Source of the DNA: Octopus bimaculoides
Taxonomy: Eukaryota
Direction: 5' to 3'
Assembly: GCF_001194135.2 (NCBI RefSeq)
Contig: NC_068988.1
Location: forward strand, 64,773,874-64,837,873
DNA length: 64,000 nt
This document shows, piece by piece, positions 60,329 through 64,000 of the stretch. The position numbers and the translations under genes were made by a program. Under the pieces are notes generated by a model, which saw nothing but the letters and a program-made list of their open reading frames with translations, made no database searches and had not been told where the DNA came from. Within the stretch, counting starts at the first letter, position 1, and the number at the start of each line of letters is the position of its first letter.

Positions 60329-60533
60329 CATTTGTGTGTCTGTGTCTGTCACCTCACCATCGCTTGACAACCGATGTTGGTGTGTTTACGTCCTCGTAAC
60401 TTAGTGGTTCAGTAAAAGAGACTGATAGAATAAGTACTAGGTTTACAAAGAATAAGTCCTGGGTTTGATTTGCTCGGCTAAAGGCGGTGCTCCAGCATGG
60501 CCACAGTCAAATGACTGAAACAAACAAAAGAAA
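60329..60533 (+). mobile_element. SINE family B body
   Basis: ATCGCTTGACAACCGATGTTGGTGTGTTTACG..GCTCCAGCATGGCCACAGTCAAATGACTGAAACAA. Confidence 0.9.
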
Positions 60534-60557
60534 TGTAATGCAGAAACACCTTGGAAA

Positions 60558-60920
60558 TTGTTTCAGTCATTAGACTGTGGCCATGCTGGAGCACCACCTT
60601 GAAGAGTTTTTTAGTCAAACGAATTGCCCCAAGTACTTTGTTTTTTTTTATAAACCTGATACTTATTCTATCAGTAGTCTCTTTTGCTGAACTCCTAAGT
60701 TACAGGGACATAAACACACCAGCACCACTTATCAAGTGGAGGGAGACAACACACACACAATGGGCTTCTTTCAGTTTTGATCTACCAAATCCACTCACAA
60801 TGCTTTGGTCGGCCCAAGGCTATAGTAGAAGACACCTGACCAAAGTGCCACACACTGGAACTGAACCTAGAACAATGTGGTTGGGAAGCAAGCTTCTTAC
60901 CACACAGCCACGCCAGTGCC
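60558..60920 (-). mobile_element. SINE family A/B, full length
   Basis: Tail at 60558, complete tRNA head ending at 60920 (minus strand GGCACTGGCGTGGCTGTGTGGTAAGAAGC). Confidence 0.9.
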
Positions 60921-61019
60921 TATAAAATTTTTTTTTAAATTTATTCTTTCTGTGCAAATTAATATGAAATGGTCCACAGCCCAGTACAGGCCCATGACCC
61001 AGTTGCAGACCCCTGTTAC

Positions 61020-61107
61020 ATGTGGTCACTCAACCTGCCAAAAATAGCAGCTAAATTACCTTCGAATCACACTTCCGTTGTCTTGCAAAAGCGAAGACCA
61101 CATTGGG
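61020..61107 (+). mobile_element. Family E fragment
   Basis: AAAATAGCAGCTAAAT..CGAATCACAC..GAAGACCACATTGG. Confidence 0.55.
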
Positions 61108-61334
61108 TCACAAAGTCTAACTTGGATTTGACCACCATAAAAGATAGAAATTCTATCTAGGTCTCTGTGTGTGTGTGTGTGTGCGCTGTTGAAAGAGGTG
61201 GGTGGGGTGAGAAGAGAGATGGTAGAGCCAGTAATTTTTCCTGCATCGCAGAAATTTAATTATTCAGCTAAATAATTTATCAAGAGCTGAGAATTTATTC
61301 ATTTGCACATTTATTTACTTATTAGCCTTGTTGT

Positions 61335-61580
61335 TATTATGTCATCATCATCATCATCATCATCCTCATCATCCTCATCACCTTCATTTTTATCATCATC
61401 CTCTATCAATCAGTTTTCAACATCATCATCACCACCATGAACATCTCTATCATCATGATCATCATCATCACCATCAACAACACTATCATCACTATAATCA
61501 CCATCATCTACATTATCATTAACGCCAACACCATTCGCATCAGAGCCATCATAATAACCATCACCACCACTACTGCCACC
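61335..61580. repeat. (CAT/CAC)n mosaic
   Basis: Poly-His and poly-Ile ORFs are artefacts. Confidence 0.85.
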
Positions 61581-61692
61581 CTCTCGTGTTCCTGTAGTTT
61601 AGCTTTGATACTACAAATTATGTTGCAGTTCAAATTATGTTAAAGCTACATCATTATCTTACAGCTTTTTGTATATTTTTTTATTCACATAT

Positions 61693-61724
<32 letters not shown>

Positions 61725-61840
61725 CCTTTTTTTACCTCTTGATTCTGATTAAATCTTTCTCAACTAAGTCATCTGCCTTTACATAACATTCTTGAAAGAT
61801 TTTCACATATCTTTTACTTTTGCACTTTCTTATTACAAGA

Positions 61841-61892
<52 letters not shown>

Positions 61893-62684
61893 CATCATCA
61901 TTGTTATTATTATTATTATTTAGTCTAGTAATCTTATAGTCACTGCATAACAGTGCCACAATTCTTTGTGCTGTGCCTTGGGTATTACACGGAGTATATT
62001 TTGTTAATTTTTATTCTGGTTTTGGTTTTGTACTAATAATACTAATACTACCACTACAACTACAACTACTACTGCTAATGATAATAATAATAATTTTCTC
62101 TGTCGCCATCGTCATCATTACTATGTTAGCAGTTGCTAAGTTTTTTTTGCTTTTTTCCCCACCACTGCCAACGTAATCTTTTAAAGAACGGCAAGCAGAT
62201 ATGATTATACCTTTCTTGGTAGAAAAATATATCAAATCAACTTTATTCTCATAAAGTTCGTTATTGCTTCCTTTCTTTCTTTCTTTTTCTTTTTTTTTTT
62301 CTTTTTTTGCATATGATTTGCATTTGCTTATCTCTTTCGACTTGTCCTCATTTACCATTTATTAAAAATTCCTTATCTCAAATCGAATAAATATTTTTGT
62401 CCATTTTGCAGACATATTATTTTTCCCCACCTAAAAATATCATAACCATTTTTGGTGGGGGTTTTTTTCTCCTTTTTTACTGTTTTTATGCTGTTTCCTA
62501 GTGAGAAGAATGAGCATCAATTTCTAAGGATGTTCCTTAAGTTTGTCTCTTATTATTTCATATTGACTGCAAACTTACTGTTTGTTGCTATTCTTCATTA
62601 CAAAACCATTTGGGAAAAATAAACAGACAGCGAAAAACGTGCAGGAAACAAATACTGTGCATGAGATCTATACTTCAGCTTGGC

Positions 62685-62818
62685 TGCAATCTCCACCCCA
62701 CATTAAAATGCAATCCCCCACCCTACATTAAAATGCAAAGCCCGCCCCACATCAAAAATACAGTGCCCACCCTACATTAAAATGCAATCCCTACCTCACA
62801 TCATAATGAAACCCCCAC
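62685..62818. repeat. ~25-bp minisatellite, ~5.5 copies
   Basis: CATTAAAATGCAA-like at 62701, 62726, 62750, 62775 and 62799. Confidence 0.85.
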
Positions 62819-62859
62819 ACACACACTAAAGCATTTATGACCACCAAGAGAACTTCCTT

Positions 62860-63035
62860 GCTGGATTTAGCAGCCAAATCCCTCCCTCAAATTGTACCAT
62901 ACTATCCTTCAGAATGACACATTAAATAATATAGTCCTAGATATATATAAATCTGAATAATAGGTAGAATGGTCATGGCTGAAAAGTCTTAGATCATTGC
63001 TCTACTAAATTAAGGCTGACCTGGTGTTTAACAAC
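62860..63035 (+). mobile_element. Family E monomer (head segment plus one 3' module)
   Basis: TAGCAGCCAAATCCCTCCCTCAAAT..GACACATTAAATAATATAGTCCTAGAT..GGTCATGGCTG..GATCAT..GGCTGACCTGG..TTAACAAC. Confidence 0.65.
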
Positions 63036-63943
63036 CGCTAACACACCCAATCTCAATCACATTCTTCTTAGAATTAGGGGCCAATTTTACTGAACCAGAA
63101 TTTTCAATTCAAGCCAAATATAACAAGCTACTCCAAATTGTTGTTTGAGTATCCATGTAAGTTGAACCGGGACCAGCTAGTTTGTACTGGCATCAAATCA
63201 TACCGGTGGAGATAATGAAGTCAAATCAAATAGTGACATTTTGAAATCACTTGTTCTGAGTTCAAATTCCACATTCATGTACACCAAACCACAAAAGCAT
63301 ACATATATTTATGTGTACACACGTACACACACATTATCGCTGGTGTTGTTTTAACACCAACAACAGAGAGAAATCTACCTCCATTTGGTAAAATGCACAC
63401 ACATACATACACATGCATTCATCCATGCAAATACATTAATAGATATCCGTCTGCCACACACAGATAACACATACACACACCCATTCATACTTATTTGCAC
63501 ATTCATATAACACATCAACATACATAGACGCACACACAACACCACATCACACACACAGAAGCAATACTGTTGCATTAAAAAAGAAAGCCTCTTTCTGAGT
63601 ACAAAGACAAATTAGCTGTTTAAAATCTGCACTAATTAACCAAATGTATTTCATGACATTTCAGATAATCTTGTTTGTTTGTTATTTTTTATCATCATCA
63701 TCAGCCTCATGCACTCACACACATACACACACACACACACACACATAGATATACATAGATAAACACAAAAACATACACACACATATATATAGATAGATAG
63801 GTAATTAGTTAGAGAGATAGAGACAGATAGGGGTAGATAGGCAGATATATAATGTGTACTAATTGTAGAAATGTTTGTTATTTCATCGCAACGTTTTAAA
63901 TTCCTGTATCCAATATTAAAAAATAAAAAGAAGGAAAATATAT

Positions 63944-64000
63944 TGATTTCAAATTTTAGCACAAGACCAGCAATTTCGGGGGGGAGATAAGTCAGTTGCA
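63944..64000 (-). mobile_element. SINE family C tail (cut by window end)
   Basis: GATTTCAAATTTTAGCACAAGACCAGCAATTTCGGGGG. Confidence 0.8.

Larger units (their letters stand above)
59850..61015. mobile_element. Possible hAT/Charlie-like MITE split by nested retroposon insertions
   Basis: Left CAACCTTTTG..AAGACAATTATTCCATGGACTGGGG and right ..GTTGCAGACCCCTG resemble MER1/Charlie3-type ends (recalled, not searched); left TIR degenerate, no TSD confirmed. Confidence 0.4.

Noticed and set aside
60860-60920. tRNA gene calls at SINE heads (also 30155, 31923, 36024, 46470)
   Set aside because: A and B boxes are present, but they continue into SINE bodies without an acceptor stem or a poly-T terminator

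Overview
AT-rich eukaryotic genomic DNA from a fragmented draft assembly: 15 N-gaps totalling about 5.2 kb (about 8%), most abutting (TA)n tracts. The repeat complement (tRNA-derived SINEs, RTE 3' ends with (ATG)n tails, extreme microsatellite load) looks like an octopus genome; this is inferred from recalled repeat consensus sequences and was not checked by search. Nearly all ORFs in the track are artefacts of microsatellites or N-runs. No multi-exon host gene can be assembled. The best host-gene signal is a plus-strand 5' end near the window start: TATAAAA at 787, a first ATG in ACCATGG context at 986 and a GTAAGT donor at 999, which would make much of the rest a long intron. Protein-coding relics are all transposon-derived: a DD41D and a DD37D Tc1/mariner deletion derivative with TIRs, an R4/Dong-type restriction-like endonuclease fragment, an RTE C-terminus and a frameshifted twin C2H2 zinc finger. 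The most interesting structures are: (i) two minimal hammerhead-ribozyme-like motifs of the Penelope type, one structurally complete with a variant CUGUUGA core (47949-47985, minus); (ii) a ~47-bp repeat/spacer array with a conserved 19-nt core (21535-21890); (iii) a ~160-bp-arm foldback of a LINE 3' end (54463-54797); (iv) two tandem arrays amplified from the 3' module of a SINE-like element, in opposite orientations 32 kb apart; (v) several closely spaced inverted SINE pairs that would form dsRNA. I see no clear evidence of a wholly new biological system; these are leads.
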